64,000 bases of DNA from Octopus bimaculoides (GCF_001194135.2 NC_068995.1:52510166-52574165); one strand, 5' to 3'; positions 1-12,790 are shown, numbered from the stretch's first letter. Made by a program: numbers and translations. The notes: generated by a model not told the origin, from the letters alone.

Positions 1-38
<38 letters not shown>

Positions 39-548
39 ATATATACATTGGCAGTCTGTGTATAAGTCTATTGAATGTTCAATTGCAATTTGTACCAAAG
101 AGGAGGAAATGGGAAGTGATCAGTTTTTTTCATTCTTTGTACCGAATGAGGTCCCTGTTTCAGATTTGGCATTGTGGAGGTATTGTGTATGTACCAATGA
201 GTGTGCGAGTACATAAGTGTATATACATGTGTGTGTGTGTGTGTGTGTGTGTATTATATCCTTGTTGTATGCTGGCTGCCACACAAACTTCCCTGTTGTG
301 ACATGTGCCCACACATACACCCACATATATGTATATAAATATATACATGCATGTGTGTGTGTGTGTATAAATAGTAAATGATTGACAATAGAAGTATACA
401 ATCTTATATTCCATAGTTTCAGGAAAAGAACCAGGAAGAACCAGGCGCTGACAGGAATTTTGGCACCTGGTCAACACAGTGTCACCTATTACATTCTGCA
501 TTATTTGATTCCACTTTTATACGTCAGTATGTTTACAAATAATTTATG

Positions 549-633
<85 letters not shown>

Positions 634-657
634 CATTAAAAATAATAATAATAATAA
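549..657. repeat. (TAA)n; similar tracts at 826-870, 16289-16345, 60948-60992, 61277-61338
   Basis: Direct inspection. Confidence 0.95.
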
Positions 658-658
658 T

Positions 659-790
659 GCTTCTAATTTTGGCACAAAGCCAGCAATTTTGGATTACCTT
701 GACACACCCCACTTCCCCAGGGCTTGGCTTGTACCACCTTGAAAGGATGAAAGGCAAAAATTGGCCTTGGCTGAACTTGAGCATTTGTTC
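659..790 (-). mobile_element. SINE B fragment
   Basis: ggcacaaagccagcaatttt...gaaaggatgaaaggcaaa. Confidence 0.65.
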
Positions 791-867
791 TGATGCTCCC
801 ACAGTACTGCCAATTGACTGTTCTAATAATAATAATAATAATAATAATAATCATAATAATAATAATA

Positions 868-1068
868 ATAATTCCTACCATAGTAGGTGCCTTAGGTATA
901 ATAAAAAAATATTCAGACAAATACATAACAAAAACATCAGGACTTACAAATATATATAACATACAGAAAATTACACTACTGGGCACTGCACACATCCTAC
1001 GCAAAACACTTTCAATACAGTAACCATAAGAGCATCACAGCAAACCACAGCACATACCCAAGGCACAC
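868..1068 (+). mobile_element. 5'-truncated R4/Dong-like non-LTR retrotransposon 3' end abutting (TAA)n
   Basis: IPTIVGALGIIKK...IQKITLLGTAHILRKTLSIQ* (stop 1021-1023) matches the C-terminus of REL-endonuclease R4-clade ORFs; follows (TAA)n 826-870 directly. Confidence 0.75.
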
Positions 1069-1302
1069 CTGACAGGTGGTCCCTCCCATAAGACAACATT
1101 TAAACATTGCTTGACATATGTTAAATGTCACCTTGCTTATAAAACACAAAGTGCACACCGACACACAAAAATGCATGTGCACTCACACAAATGCATGCAT
1201 GTGCACTCATGCACATGCCTATATAAGCCTTTAAGCAATGCTTAAAGGCTTATATATANNNNNNNNNNNNNNNNNNNNNNNNNNNNNNNNNNNNNTTAAA
1301 GG

Positions 1303-1337
<35 letters not shown>

Positions 1338-1338
<1 letters not shown>

Positions 1339-1417
1339 TAAGAAATTGGGATGACAAAGGAATAATCAATTATGTAATGAACTTCATTGTTCATTTTTTG
1401 TCATCCCAATTCCTTAT
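1338..1417. repeat. Inverted repeat, 21-bp arms
   Basis: 1338-1358 vs 1397-1417, 20/21 complementary. Confidence 0.85.
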
Positions 1418-1503
1418 TACTGCTCGTTACTCAACTGATGCTTTATTCTTAAGCATATGTACACCAGGTTATTAGTATTTATTAATATTTAGCAGAAGCA
1501 AGG

Positions 1504-1596
1504 GAGTGGCTCAAGGTTCAAAAGTTTTATGCGTTGGCACTTACCAAACTAGTTAATAAGTGCCAACAGCCGAAACTCTCAGACCTTGAGTCACTC
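1504..1596. repeat. Inverted repeat, 40-bp arms, 13-nt loop
   Basis: 1504-1543 vs 1557-1596, 30/40 complementary, perfect 11-bp inner stem. Confidence 0.8.
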
Positions 1597-1654
1597 TGTT
1601 ACTTCTGCTGAAATCAATAAAGATATACATATTTTTACATTCCTTTCCATATCG

Positions 1655-1750
1655 GCTAGCTCTGATGAGTGTAAAGTTATATAATTGGATTATAACCTAA
1701 CACTCCATTGTACAGTTTATGCGAAACTGATTGGTAAGATCAGCCATGAT
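1655..1750 (+). ncRNA. Hammerhead-like motif, degenerate at cleavage site
   Basis: CTGATGA 1662-1668; stem II GTGTAAA/TTTATGC; GAAA 1723-1726; stem III CTGAT/ATCAG; triplet GCC instead of GTH; weak stem I. Confidence 0.35.
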
Positions 1751-1832
1751 GGATATTTAATACTATACTTTTCGGATAATATATATATGTAAAATTAATA
1801 TGATATATATATATTTATTTATTTATTTATTT

Positions 1833-2150
1833 ATTAGGTCATGCTGAAAAGTTCCTGGCTTTGGCTAAAAGTAAATACAGGAGGATCAATTAATTATGAT
1901 TTTATTCAACATATTCCCCTCTCAGATTCACACATTTATTGCAGTGGTCCTTCAGTTTTTCTAAACCTTGTGCGAGAACTATATATACATACAGAGGTAT
2001 ATATACATACAGTTGTATATATATATAGTGTGTGTATATCTATATACATATCAGGTTTATTAAGTCCTTTAACAGAACTCGGAAGGTTGGGTCTTTAACT
2101 AGGCCTTTTGTGAAACTCTTAAAGCCAGGAACTTTTCAGCACCCCCTCGT
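1833..2150. mobile_element. Mariner-type MITE
   Basis: Perfect 21-bp inverted repeat 1842-1862 / 2121-2141; right end continues ccccctcgt, the reverse of the mariner acgagggg terminus. Confidence 0.8.
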
Positions 2151-2562
2151 TTGTTTGTGTGTTTTGAGTATATATATTTATATATATATATCTGTGTATC
2201 TGCCTGTCTACCTTCCTGCCTATATATATATATATATTGATAGAGCTGACCCCGAGGTGTGCAACCAATGCATTGAGGCCCCACCTGCAATATAATTAAG
2301 AGCTAGCTTCTATGTCACTCGGTCAATCAGATAGGTTTTTGGTCGATCCTCATTGTTCTCTTGATGTTGATCTTCATTCAGTGTTAGTGTGTGTGTGTGT
2401 GTGNNNNNNNNNNGCTGGTATATTCATTTCAATGGAGTTTATTCCAAACAAGCCCCACCTCTTGGCACACAAAGGTTTCATGCATGTTTGGCGCGAAACT
2501 GAAAGCAATGGCAACAATGGAACAATAGTCAGTGCTGACAATAAACATTTACTGCAAAAGTA

Positions 2563-2600
<38 letters not shown>

Positions 2601-2764
2601 CATGCGTGTGTGTGGACATGTGTGTATGCGGATGAGTATATGTACATGTAGATGTATATCTGTCTGTATACACATACACATATATGCGCACTAAACACAC
2701 GCACACACACATACGTAAATGCATATGCACCTATGTATATATGCATATATGTATATGCACACAC

Positions 2765-2821
<57 letters not shown>

Positions 2822-2829
2822 TATATTTG

Positions 2830-2970
2830 CATTCCATGATGGGAATGGCTGGATGGAATATCATAGTTCAAACCATTTCTTGTTTGGGGTGACTGACCTC
2901 CTCTTTTGCTATGTTGCTGAGTTTTGGAATGTAAACAAACCAACTCTGGTTGTCAAACACTGTGGGATGG
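2830..2970 (-). mobile_element. SINE A1 tail, diverged
   Basis: ctcttttgct...gtaaacaaaccaactctggttgtcaaac. Confidence 0.55.
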
Positions 2971-2998
2971 TAGATGAAGGCATGCAAAAAGCGTGCGT

Positions 2999-3032
<34 letters not shown>

Positions 3033-3058
3033 ATATATATATGCATGCGTGTGTGTTT

Positions 3059-3125
<67 letters not shown>

Positions 3126-3234
3126 TTGACTCTTCCTTCAATTCTTTTGAGGAACAAATATGAATTACTAATCCAGCACTGGAATTGGTTTTGCTCTAAA
3201 TCTTTATTCCTCTCTCTTCCATTACAAGGTCTTC

Positions 3235-3480
3235 AATGACCCTAAGAGCCATGCCAGAAGAGTACAAGATACCGGACAGGCCTCTCATGCTGGACAGGTC
3301 AAAAGATAGAAGCCAAGACTAGCATGGACCATCTCTTGCAGAGGTGAAAATGAGTTTGCAGAAGGCCAACACACATCTCTATAAGGAAAGCAGAAGTATA
3401 GATGACAATAAAAAAACCAAAAGCCTAGGAGAGGAAGGCCTTGCTTCAGGGAAACACATGCCAGAAACATAAGTGGAGAC
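3235..3480 (+). mobile_element. Possible diverged RTE-like LINE 5' region
   Basis: gaccctaagagccatgcc...catgctggacaggtcaaaagatagaagccaagact resembles RTE 5' UTR motifs; recognition only. Confidence 0.35.
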
Positions 3481-3852
3481 AGACCCGACAAAGGAGGCAA
3501 AGGAGAGGCTGAGATTCAATTAGCGAGAAACAGAAAGACAGTAGGGAAAATCCGTCAATGGTCTAAACTCCATAAGCAGCAAAGGGCTTTAACAACAGTT
3601 ACAACAATAATTCCTTTTTTGTTACTCTCTCAAAAAGAAATTGGCTGTGATCAGATCTGGAGGAGGATGGGCTCAGCATGGTCTGAAATACCCAAGGTAA
3701 ACCATATGTTATGATAGATATCTTTTGGCTCCAATAGGGGTTGAGGATCCAAGGGCTAGGTATGTATGTATCTGTGTATGAATATATGTGTGTTAGTCTA
3801 TATATTTTGATATAGGCACAGATGTGGTTGTGGGTTCATACATAGGCATATA

Positions 3853-3907
<55 letters not shown>

Positions 3908-4636
3908 ATATGTACAATGTTTGTGTCTATCTGTGTGTTTGTCTTCTGTCTGTCTATCTATCTATCTGTCTATCTATCTATTTTATCTATCTACCTTTTT
4001 ATCTATCTATATTGATTGATCAAGTGATTGATCCATCTTTCCACCCATCCATCCATCCATCTTGTGTAATTTACACACACACACAGTCTCTCTCTCTCTC
4101 TCTCTCTCTCTTATGGATGTGTGTGTATTTTATTGCTTATCTACAATTAAATACCTCTTTGGTATTCAGAGCAGACCTTCAAATCTATAAGTATGTTTAC
4201 TCCACTTATGATATCCTCTACGCACCTAACATGCACAAACGCATACACACACGTGCGTGCACACACACACATCCTTGTACACACACACACATTCTTGTAT
4301 ACACACACACATAGATTAAGAACCTTATCTACTTTATATATGGATACTCCATCATAAGAAAAAAACCCCAAAACTATTATGTATATATAGTTGTATATAT
4401 GTGTGTATACATGTGTCTATATACATATGTGTATATATATATATATATGTGTATGTATATATGTAAGTATGTGCCTATACATGAGTGTGTGTGTGTGTAT
4501 GTGTGCATGTGTCTTATTCTTATCTTGTTTTGTCTTTATAAATGTCTTTGTTTCTTTCTATTTTTTTCTCGATTATTTATTTTCTGTTTAATGTGAATTT
4601 TATTCACCAATCACTGTAAACGTGTGCATTTGTACA

Positions 4637-4680
<44 letters not shown>

Positions 4681-5238
4681 TGCATGTTTGTCTGTATGTG
4701 TGAATATATATCCACATGCACACACACACTCACACGCACTCACACACACATTTACATACGTATGCAGGCCTACAAGCTTTAGGTTTTAAGTAGTAAAGAA
4801 TGTTTGTATCTCTCAGATTTTGAAAAGGTTTGCTGTATTCTTTATAATATCTATTACCCTCTCCCCCTTCTTCTCCCTTACTTGGCCTGATCCCTTGTTT
4901 CCACCCCCACCGCAAACACCTCCACAGCATCTAGCAAACCCCCTCTGGCCGTTCATTTGAATATTAAAGTTAGATTAAGAAGAACAAGAGGTGTGAGAGA
5001 TTCCCCCCCCACTCGCCACCTCTTATTCGTCTGTACCTGTCACCGGTTATGTACAGATTAGACACATACACAAACATACACACACACACCAACACACATA
5101 CATACAGGCACACACTTAGACAAATAGAAACATATACGAACATCCACACACAAACACACACTGAGATAAACCCACACAGTCAAAAACTTGAAAGTATGCA
5201 CACAAACCAAACACAAATTAAATATGCATACATACACT

Positions 5239-5304
<66 letters not shown>

Positions 5305-5928
5305 TTACATAAACTCATACACTCAAAGACTTAAAAGCAAGCACACAAACCAAATACATATATACACACACATATAATCAAATGTGCATGTATTCAAACA
5401 TATATACACCCAAATGCATACATACACATTCACACACATGCATATACACACACACACCTCTTCCTACACACATCTCCCCTCATACCTAATCTTCTCTCTC
5501 TCTTTCTCTCTCCCCCTCTATCATTAACGGTAAAGCCGTTATGAAGACAAGAAGCTAGAAATAATTTACATTTAGCAGGAAGTTGTAAAAACTTTGAGGA
5601 ACAGCGTCAAAGGTGACACTCTGCTGCAGGTCATCTAAGAGTCTGAGATAACGGTAAATCGATTAGCATAATCCATGTGGACGGCATTTGATGAGGATAT
5701 ATATAAAAAAAAAACACGAATAAGGATTAAAAACAATTTCTTTTCTTTTGACCAAAAGAAAGATGGGAATACTTTATATATTGGTAATGAACTTGAAAGA
5801 TATTTAGGTAATTTCTGACAATTTTTCATATTTCATCTGTCTGTCTGACCTTCTGTCTGTCTGTCCTTCTGTCTGTCTGTCCTTTTGTCTGTCTGTCCTT
5901 CTGTCTGTCTGATCATCAATCGCTTTGT

Positions 5929-6031
<103 letters not shown>

Positions 6032-6238
6032 GCTGTCTCTCTATCTCTCAATCTATGTGTCTGTCTGTCTGCCTCTCTCTCTCTCTCTATCTGTCTATGT
6101 GTTTATCTATCTGTCTGTCTGTCTGTCTATTCATCCATTCATAACCATACATGCACATACATATATGCTCACACACATGTATCACTCTCATTCTTTATCA
6201 CTTTTATTTTTCTGAACATGTGTGAATATATATATCTA

Positions 6239-6287
<49 letters not shown>

Positions 6288-7124
6288 TGATACACACATG
6301 TGCATATCATACACCAGGGTTATTGACTCCAGCTCACTATATATTTGTGTATGTGTCTGTGCATATATATATATATATATATATATGCACAGACACATAC
6401 ACACACACTCACACACACACACATATATATATATATACACAAATATACACACAAATATACACACTTATGCACACACACACACATTTGCAGTTATCAACTG
6501 GTGACAGTCATCCAAATGAACAAGTTCCAAATTCTTTATTCACATAATACTGCCAGTTTGTTATTGCTATGGAAACGGCTTCACCCCAAAGTCATCAGAG
6601 TAACCAGATTCCACTCCATATATCTACAGATGTGAATGACCATTTACAGATTCATGTATTTATGCTTTTTTTCTCTGTCCAGGGACTCTTATTCATTTTG
6701 CTCTCTGTTTTGTTATTTTCAATTCCAGGATTTGACATGTATGCAAATATATATATTATCTATCTGTGTGTCTGTCTGCTCAACAATTTATTATGACCAA
6801 ACACACACAAGACGATTGCTTTATCTCATCAGATAATGGCTAATTCATTATTCATTTTTCAGTTAAGAGAGGAAAAACACAAGTTGGTGAGACATCTGTA
6901 CGTCATTAGATTATAGCGACATGTGCTTGCCTGCTAAATATATCCTTCTCTAAGAATCCATAATTAAACAAGCAGTGACCAGTATGAGCAAGATGACCAT
7001 TAACATTTCAGCCGGAAGCTGTATCAGAGGTTTTTCTCTTAGACTTTTCAAATCAAAGGTTCTTTACAAGCCAATAAAGGGGTTGATTTTGAAGTTTTTT
7101 CCAAGTGGTTTTGTTGCAATCCTT

Positions 7125-7230
7125 GCTGGAGCAATTTGAAAGATAATGTACTACTCAATGAAGAAGTGCACTGCTGGGAATTGAACTCATGACCTTATGA
7201 TTGTGAGCCAAATGCCTTAACCACTAATCC
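7125..7230 (-). mobile_element. SINE F head fragment
   Basis: gggaattgaactcatgaccttatgattgtgagcc...ttaaccact. Confidence 0.6.
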
Positions 7231-7325
7231 TCCTGGCATCCAATCATAGAAAAATCTACCTCAACAAAATTCTGTCAGACTCTCATGCAAGCATGGAAAA
7301 GTAGATGTAAAAATGATGATGATTG
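7225..7325 (+). mobile_element. G-type SINE tail fragment
   Basis: aaaaatctacctcaacaaaatt...gcatggaaaagtagatgtaaaaatgatga. Confidence 0.65.
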
Positions 7326-7489
7326 ATGATATGACAGGCTTCTTTCAGTTTCCGTTTGCCAACACGGAAGCTGTGTGAGAAAAATCAATAATAGTCTTCC
7401 TTGTACCTGTCTGGTACCATGCCAGTTATTTATTGGGTGGAATAAATGTTATGCAAAAATGATTCTGGTAAAAATAATGATGAGTGTGA

Positions 7490-7730
7490 AGATGATGATG
7501 ATGATGATGATGATGACGATGATGATGGTGACAACAATGATGATGATGATGATGATGATGATGATAGTGGTGGAGGTGAGGATGACGTTGGTCTAGGTGA
7601 TGATGATGATGTGGAAGTGATAAATTATGACCATGATGACGATGATGATGATAGGAATGTTTATGGTGATGACTCTGCTGTTGCTGATGTTAATGATGAT
7701 GATGGTGTCCATGATGATGATGTTAATAAC
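7490..7730. repeat. Compound (GAT)n tract
   Basis: Direct inspection. Confidence 0.9.
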
Positions 7731-9463
7731 TACTATAAATAAAAAAAAACAACCTAATTTAGTTATTTTTCTTCATCGCTGTTTTTATTTGTTTTTTTTA
7801 ATTTTAATATAGCCACACTGCTGGACAGTTGCTACGGTAACAGCCATGTCTGGTCAGAACTAGTTTTATATCATGGAATAAATTAACATGTTGTTGTTGA
7901 TGATGATGATGATGATAGTGATGATGCATATTATCATGATGATGATGATGATGATGACAGTAAGAAATAAATAAAAGAACATCAAATTAGATATTTTGTT
8001 TCCCAATCTTCCAGTTTACACTGACTTCTTTTTAAATATTTCTTTTTTGAATTTAAAAACAGGAAGTAAACCTAACAGACTTGAAACTTTCGGACTATTA
8101 ATATCTTATTTCCTGTATTCCTGCTGTACTACGTCTCAGTGAATTCCACTTAGTCACTTAATTAAGCTAAGTGGGGTAATTAAGTTGTAAAGAACTTTGA
8201 AAGTCTGTGAGTAGGAATACTGGTTTTGATTTGGAAACCAAGTCCAGGGAGAAGGGAACGCTTAGAGTGCGTGTTATCTATAAGAAGTTAAAAAAAATTC
8301 TTTTGAACAGGAGAAAATCTGATNNNNNNNNNNNNNNNNNNNNNNNNNNNNNNNNNNNNNNNNNNNNNNNNNNNNNNNNNNNNNNNNNNNNNNNNNNNNN
8401 NNNNNNNNNNNNNNNNNNNNNNNNNNNNNNNNNNNNNNNNNNNNNNNNNNNNNNNNNNNNNNNNNNNNNNNNNNNNNNNNNNNNNNNNNNNNNNNNNNNN
8501 NNNNNNNNNNNNNNNNNNNNNNNNNNNNNNNNNNNNNNNNNNNNNNNNNNNNNNNNNNNNNNNNNNNNNNNNNNNNNNNNNNNNNNNNNNNNNNNNNNNN
8601 NNNNNNNNNNNNNNNNNNNNNNNNNNNNNNNNNNNNNNNNNNNNNNNNNNNNNNNNNNNNNNNNNNNNNNNNNNNNNNNNNNNNNNNNNNNNNNNNNNNN
8701 NNNNNNNNNNNNNNNNNNNNNNNNNNNNNNNNTATATCCATCTCTCTCTCTCCATCTCTCTATCTCTCCCTCCATCCCCCCTCTATCCGTTTGTTTTTCT
8801 GTCTCTATATCTAATATAATGATTATATAATTAGACTAACCAAACAATCCACACCACTACCACCACCACCACCACCCCCCACCTTTACCTCTACAGCTCT
8901 ACAATTCTGTCCCATAATCCACCTGTCAGTTAGTCAATCATTAGCCACAACTAGAACATTCTTGATTAGACTAATATAATACTTTTGAAAGTCAACAGGA
9001 ATATTTTAGACACAGTGTGTGACAACTAGTTTCACTAATTACTTCTACCATTTTTTTCTTCTCTCTCTCTCTCTCCCTCCATCTCTCTTTCTACTTTTCT
9101 TCTTTCTGAGATGCTCTATTCTTTCTTTTTCTCTTTGCTTCTCACTCTCACTCATCCTGCGACTGTCGTCTGTCTGTATGTCTGTCCATCTCTTCATCTG
9201 TCTGTCTGTCTGTCTTTCCCTCTATGTCTGTCTCACTGTTCTTCTGTCTGTCTTTCTGTGTCTGTCTTTCTCTCTGTTAGTCTGTCTGTCTCTGTTAGTC
9301 TGTATATCTGCCTGTTTGTCTCTGTTTATCTATCTGCCTTTCCATGTCTATCTGTCTTTCTCTCTCTCTCTCTCTGTTGGTCTTTCCAGCTTAGTATAAT
9401 ACGCTTTGCTGAAAAGACCCAATTAGATCAAACATGTCCATTGCTTTCACTAGATGGCTTTAA

Positions 9464-9683
9464 CCCTTTCGTTACCAACCCAGATGAAACCAGCTCTGGC
9501 TCTGAGTACAAATGTCTTGTTTTCATAAGTTTTGAATTAAAATCTTCCACCAAACCTTAGTCACAATTTATGTTCCTAACACTGGCTGAATGATAACTAA
9601 GTTATTTTACTAAATTCTTTGTTATATTTAAAGTAATTGAAAGAAACGTAGAGCATCTCAAAATAAATACAATAATGAAAGGG
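9464..9683. mobile_element. piggyBac-type MITE (220 bp)
   Basis: TTAA|ccctttcgtta ... taatgaaaggg|TTAA; 10/11 TIR match with TTAA duplication. Confidence 0.85.
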
Positions 9684-10137
9684 TTAAAGACCAGATCCAG
9701 TCATAGTCTTCATTTCTTTATATGTTTCCTTAAATTTCAATCATCATATTTACCAGCATTGAAGACACTCCGACCTCAAAGACACACCTCACTTCTGATC
9801 TGCAAAGTTCTGAAGAGAAAGACAAATACAAAAACAAGGCCACAGCATTTCACATACTTGACACGATGTTTTGTTAGTGGCTTAGCAACATTGTAGATCT
9901 TGTTGAGCAAATTTTCTTTTCCTTTTACAGTACACAGACAGACATTGTAGCTTTTGCATAGATAACCTTATTCTGGGGGTTAAAATTAACATAAGAAAAG
10001 TGTAACATGTGATCTTTGACCTCTAAATTGCCAGTAAATTTTCAAGACCTATTTTAAGATGATGGGAAATATGGTAATTGAGTTGATTTATAGGAGTTAT
10101 TTCCCTTAGTTTTTTTTTTTGTGTTTTTAGATTTTAA

Positions 10138-10757
10138 CCCTTCAGCATTTGTTGTTGTTGGCATTCCGTCGCTTACGACGTCCAGGGTTCCAGTTGATCC
10201 GATCAATGGAACAGCCTGCTCGTGAAATTAATGTGCAAGTGGCTGAGCACTCCACAGACACGTGTACCCTTAACGTAGTTCTCAGGGGATATTCAGCGTG
10301 ACACAGTGTGACAAGGCTTACCCTTTGAATTACAGGCACAACAGAAACAGGAAGTAAGAGTGAGAGAAAGTTGTGGTGAAAGAGTACAGCAGGGTTCGCC
10401 ACCATCCCCTGCCGGAGCCTCGTGGAGCTTTAGGTGTTTTCGTTCAATAAACACTCACAACGCCTGGTCTGGGAATCGAAATCGTGATCCTATGACCGCG
10501 AGTCTGCTGCCCTAACCACTGGGCCATTGCACCTCCACTCCTTCAGCATTTAAACTGGTTGTATCCAGCCTTAAAATATTCTATCTGTTTTATGTTCAAA
10601 CTAGCTGTATCCAGACTCTCACACCTACCCTACAATGTCATTCTAAGAATAAATGATCATAACATTGAAATCTCAAAGCTAACATGATAATTCATGATTA
10701 ATTCAAAACAATTTGAATAAATATTACATTTAGCAGAATAATCTGGGTGCCGAAGGG
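10138..10757. mobile_element. Second piggyBac-type MITE, interrupted in its left end by SINE D
   Basis: TTAA|cccttcagca ... tgccgaaggg|ctaa. Confidence 0.7.
10151..10539 (-). mobile_element. SINE D, full length, tRNA-derived head, (CAA)n tail, 12-bp TSD
   Basis: Minus head gtggaggtgcaatggcccagtggttagggcagcagactcgcggtc...tttcgattccc; TSD ccttcagcattt at 10139-10150 and 10540-10551. Confidence 0.9.
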
Positions 10758-10764
10758 CTAAACA

Positions 10765-10880
10765 CCCATAACCATGTCAAAGCAGACCCTGGAGCACAAT
10801 ACGGCCCTTGGACCCTCTGGATCCTATCAAGCTGTCCAACCCATACTAGCATGGACCATGGATGTTAAATGACAATGATG
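10765..10880 (+). mobile_element. RTE-like 3' tail fragment
   Basis: tccaacccatactagcatggaccatggatgttaaatgac. Confidence 0.6.
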
Positions 10881-11333
10881 ATCCTTTTATTCTTTTACTC
10901 TTTTATTTGTTTTATTCTTTTACTCTTTTATTTGAGCATCACCTTAAAGGTGTTAGTTGAAGAAATTGACCCCAGGACTTATTCTTTGAGATTTCAATGT
11001 TATGATCATACCATTCCTGCACCTATACATAATATATATAAAAAAAAAAACATGGTTTCTAAGAGTAAGAAGATTCCAAAAGAAATTAGTACAAAGAATC
11101 TTTTGGAAATAAGTCCTAGAAAAATGTGATATAAACCAAAGTGCTAATATGTCAAATATTTAAAACAGTAAAAACAAAACAAAAGAAAAAGAAACAACTT
11201 TTTTAGGTTAATTGTTGTTGTTTTTATGGTTTCTTCTTTGCTTGGTGAGGTGGTGTTTTTATAGACTTTCTTTGTCTTTCTTTTAATATGTATTTGATTA
11301 TTGTGAGAGAATTGTATATTTACCGTGGGAAGT

Positions 11334-11334
<1 letters not shown>

Positions 11335-11393
<59 letters not shown>

Positions 11394-11575
11394 CCTTCTG
11401 TCTGTCTGTCTGTTTGTGTCTTTGTTTATCTACCTGCCTATCTATCTGTCTGTTTGTATATCTATCTATCTGTCTGTGTTTCTATCTATCTATCTGTCTA
11501 TCTATCTATCTATCTATCTATCTGTCTATCTATCTATCTATCTATCTGTCTATCTATCTCTATGTAACTATCTAT
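11335..11575. repeat. (CTAT)n/(CTGT)n; similar at 5835-6130 and, reversed, 21095-21210
   Basis: Direct inspection. Confidence 0.9.
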
Positions 11576-11579
11576 CTTT

Positions 11580-11712
11580 GTTCATCATTTTCATGTACAC
11601 TTTTCCATGTCTGCAGAGGTCAAATGGAATTCATTGACACATATTCTCTACACTCTGCTGCCCTTGTTGTCAGCTCTCACCTGTTTGCAAACGAAGTAAT
11701 ATATCTCCAGGT
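11580..11712 (-). mobile_element. G-type SINE tail, diverged
   Basis: ttttccatgt...ctcacctgtttgcaaacgaagtaata. Confidence 0.6.
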
Positions 11713-12559
11713 NNNNNNNNNNNNNNNNNNNNNNNNNNNNNNNNNNNNNNNNNNNNNNNNNNNNNNNNNNNNNNNNNNNNNNNNNNNNNNNNNNNNNNNN
11801 NNNNNNNNNNNNNNNNNNNNNNNNNNNNNNNNNNNNNNNNNNNNNNNNNNNNNNNNNNNNNNNNNNNNNNNNNNNNNNNNNNNNNNNNNNNNNNNNNNNN
11901 NNNNNNNNNNNNNNNNNNNNNNNNNNNNNNNNNNNNNNNNNNNNNNNNNNNNNNNNNNNNNNNNNNNNNNNNNNNNNNNNNNNNNNNNNNNNNNNNNNNN
12001 NNNNNNNNNNNNNNNNNNNNNNNNNNNNNNNNNNNNNNNNNNNNNNNNNNNNNNNNNNNNNNNNNNNNNNNNNNNNNNNNNNNNNNNNNNNNNNNNNNNN
12101 NNNNNNNNNNNNNNNNNNNNNNNNNNNNNNNNNNNNNNNNNNNNNNNNNNNNNNNNNNNNNNNNNNNNNNNNNNNNNNNNNNNNNNNNNNNNNNNNNNNN
12201 NNNNNNNNNNNNNNNNNNNNNNNNNNNNNNNNNNNNNTGTTACCAGTTACACCACTGCCACCACCACTCATGTTATCGCGATAACAATACCTCTTACCCC
12301 AACCAACCCCCACCACTCTCATACACCAAGACCAGTGGCCACCACCCCTGCAGTCTGGCAATCTCCCAGTTTCCGTTATAGATTATCACCAGCCAAATGC
12401 AACTGAAACTCATCCTTTATGAAAAGAACCAAGCAAACAATTTTATTTGGAAATACTAGAATATATTTTTGTGAGTTTTGATTAATATCCACCTGGAAAT
12501 ATTCCAAACTCCACCTACATCACACCTCTCCACACTATGGTACCCTCTTCTATTCTTCA

Positions 12560-12790
12560 ACATCATTTTAATGTTCTCTTTCCCATGCTGGCATGGGTTG
12601 GACAGAATTTGTTGAGGCAGATTTTTTTTTTATGGCTGGGTACTTTTCCTGTCACCAACCCTTATTTGTGTCCAAGTAAGGTACTGTTTCCCCGAGACCA
12701 GACATGCTTTATAGAAGACTGGAAGCAAAGGACACTGCTGCATGATAGCGATACTTGTTTGCAACTATCATGTGATTTTAGGACAAGGAG
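12560..12790 (-). mobile_element. G-type SINE tail
   Basis: Similar to 54640-54830. Confidence 0.7.

Noticed and set aside
1220-1256. Perfect 18-bp palindrome
   Set aside because: Ends at a contig edge and partly recurs after the gap; may be a fold-back assembly artefact.
5521-5640. PDZ-sounding peptides INGKAV and EVVKTLRNSVKGDTLLQVI
   Set aside because: Different frames, separated by stops, 56 nt apart versus ~36 expected, no GD motif; probably coincidental.
10460-10539. tRNA-like A/B boxes here and in SINE A/B/F heads
   Set aside because: No complete cloverleaf or acceptor stem; embedded in SINE bodies, so not tRNA genes.
11617-11710. Apparent exon (ctgcag|...ctccag|gt) with open frame
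   Set aside because: It is a reversed G-type SINE tail.
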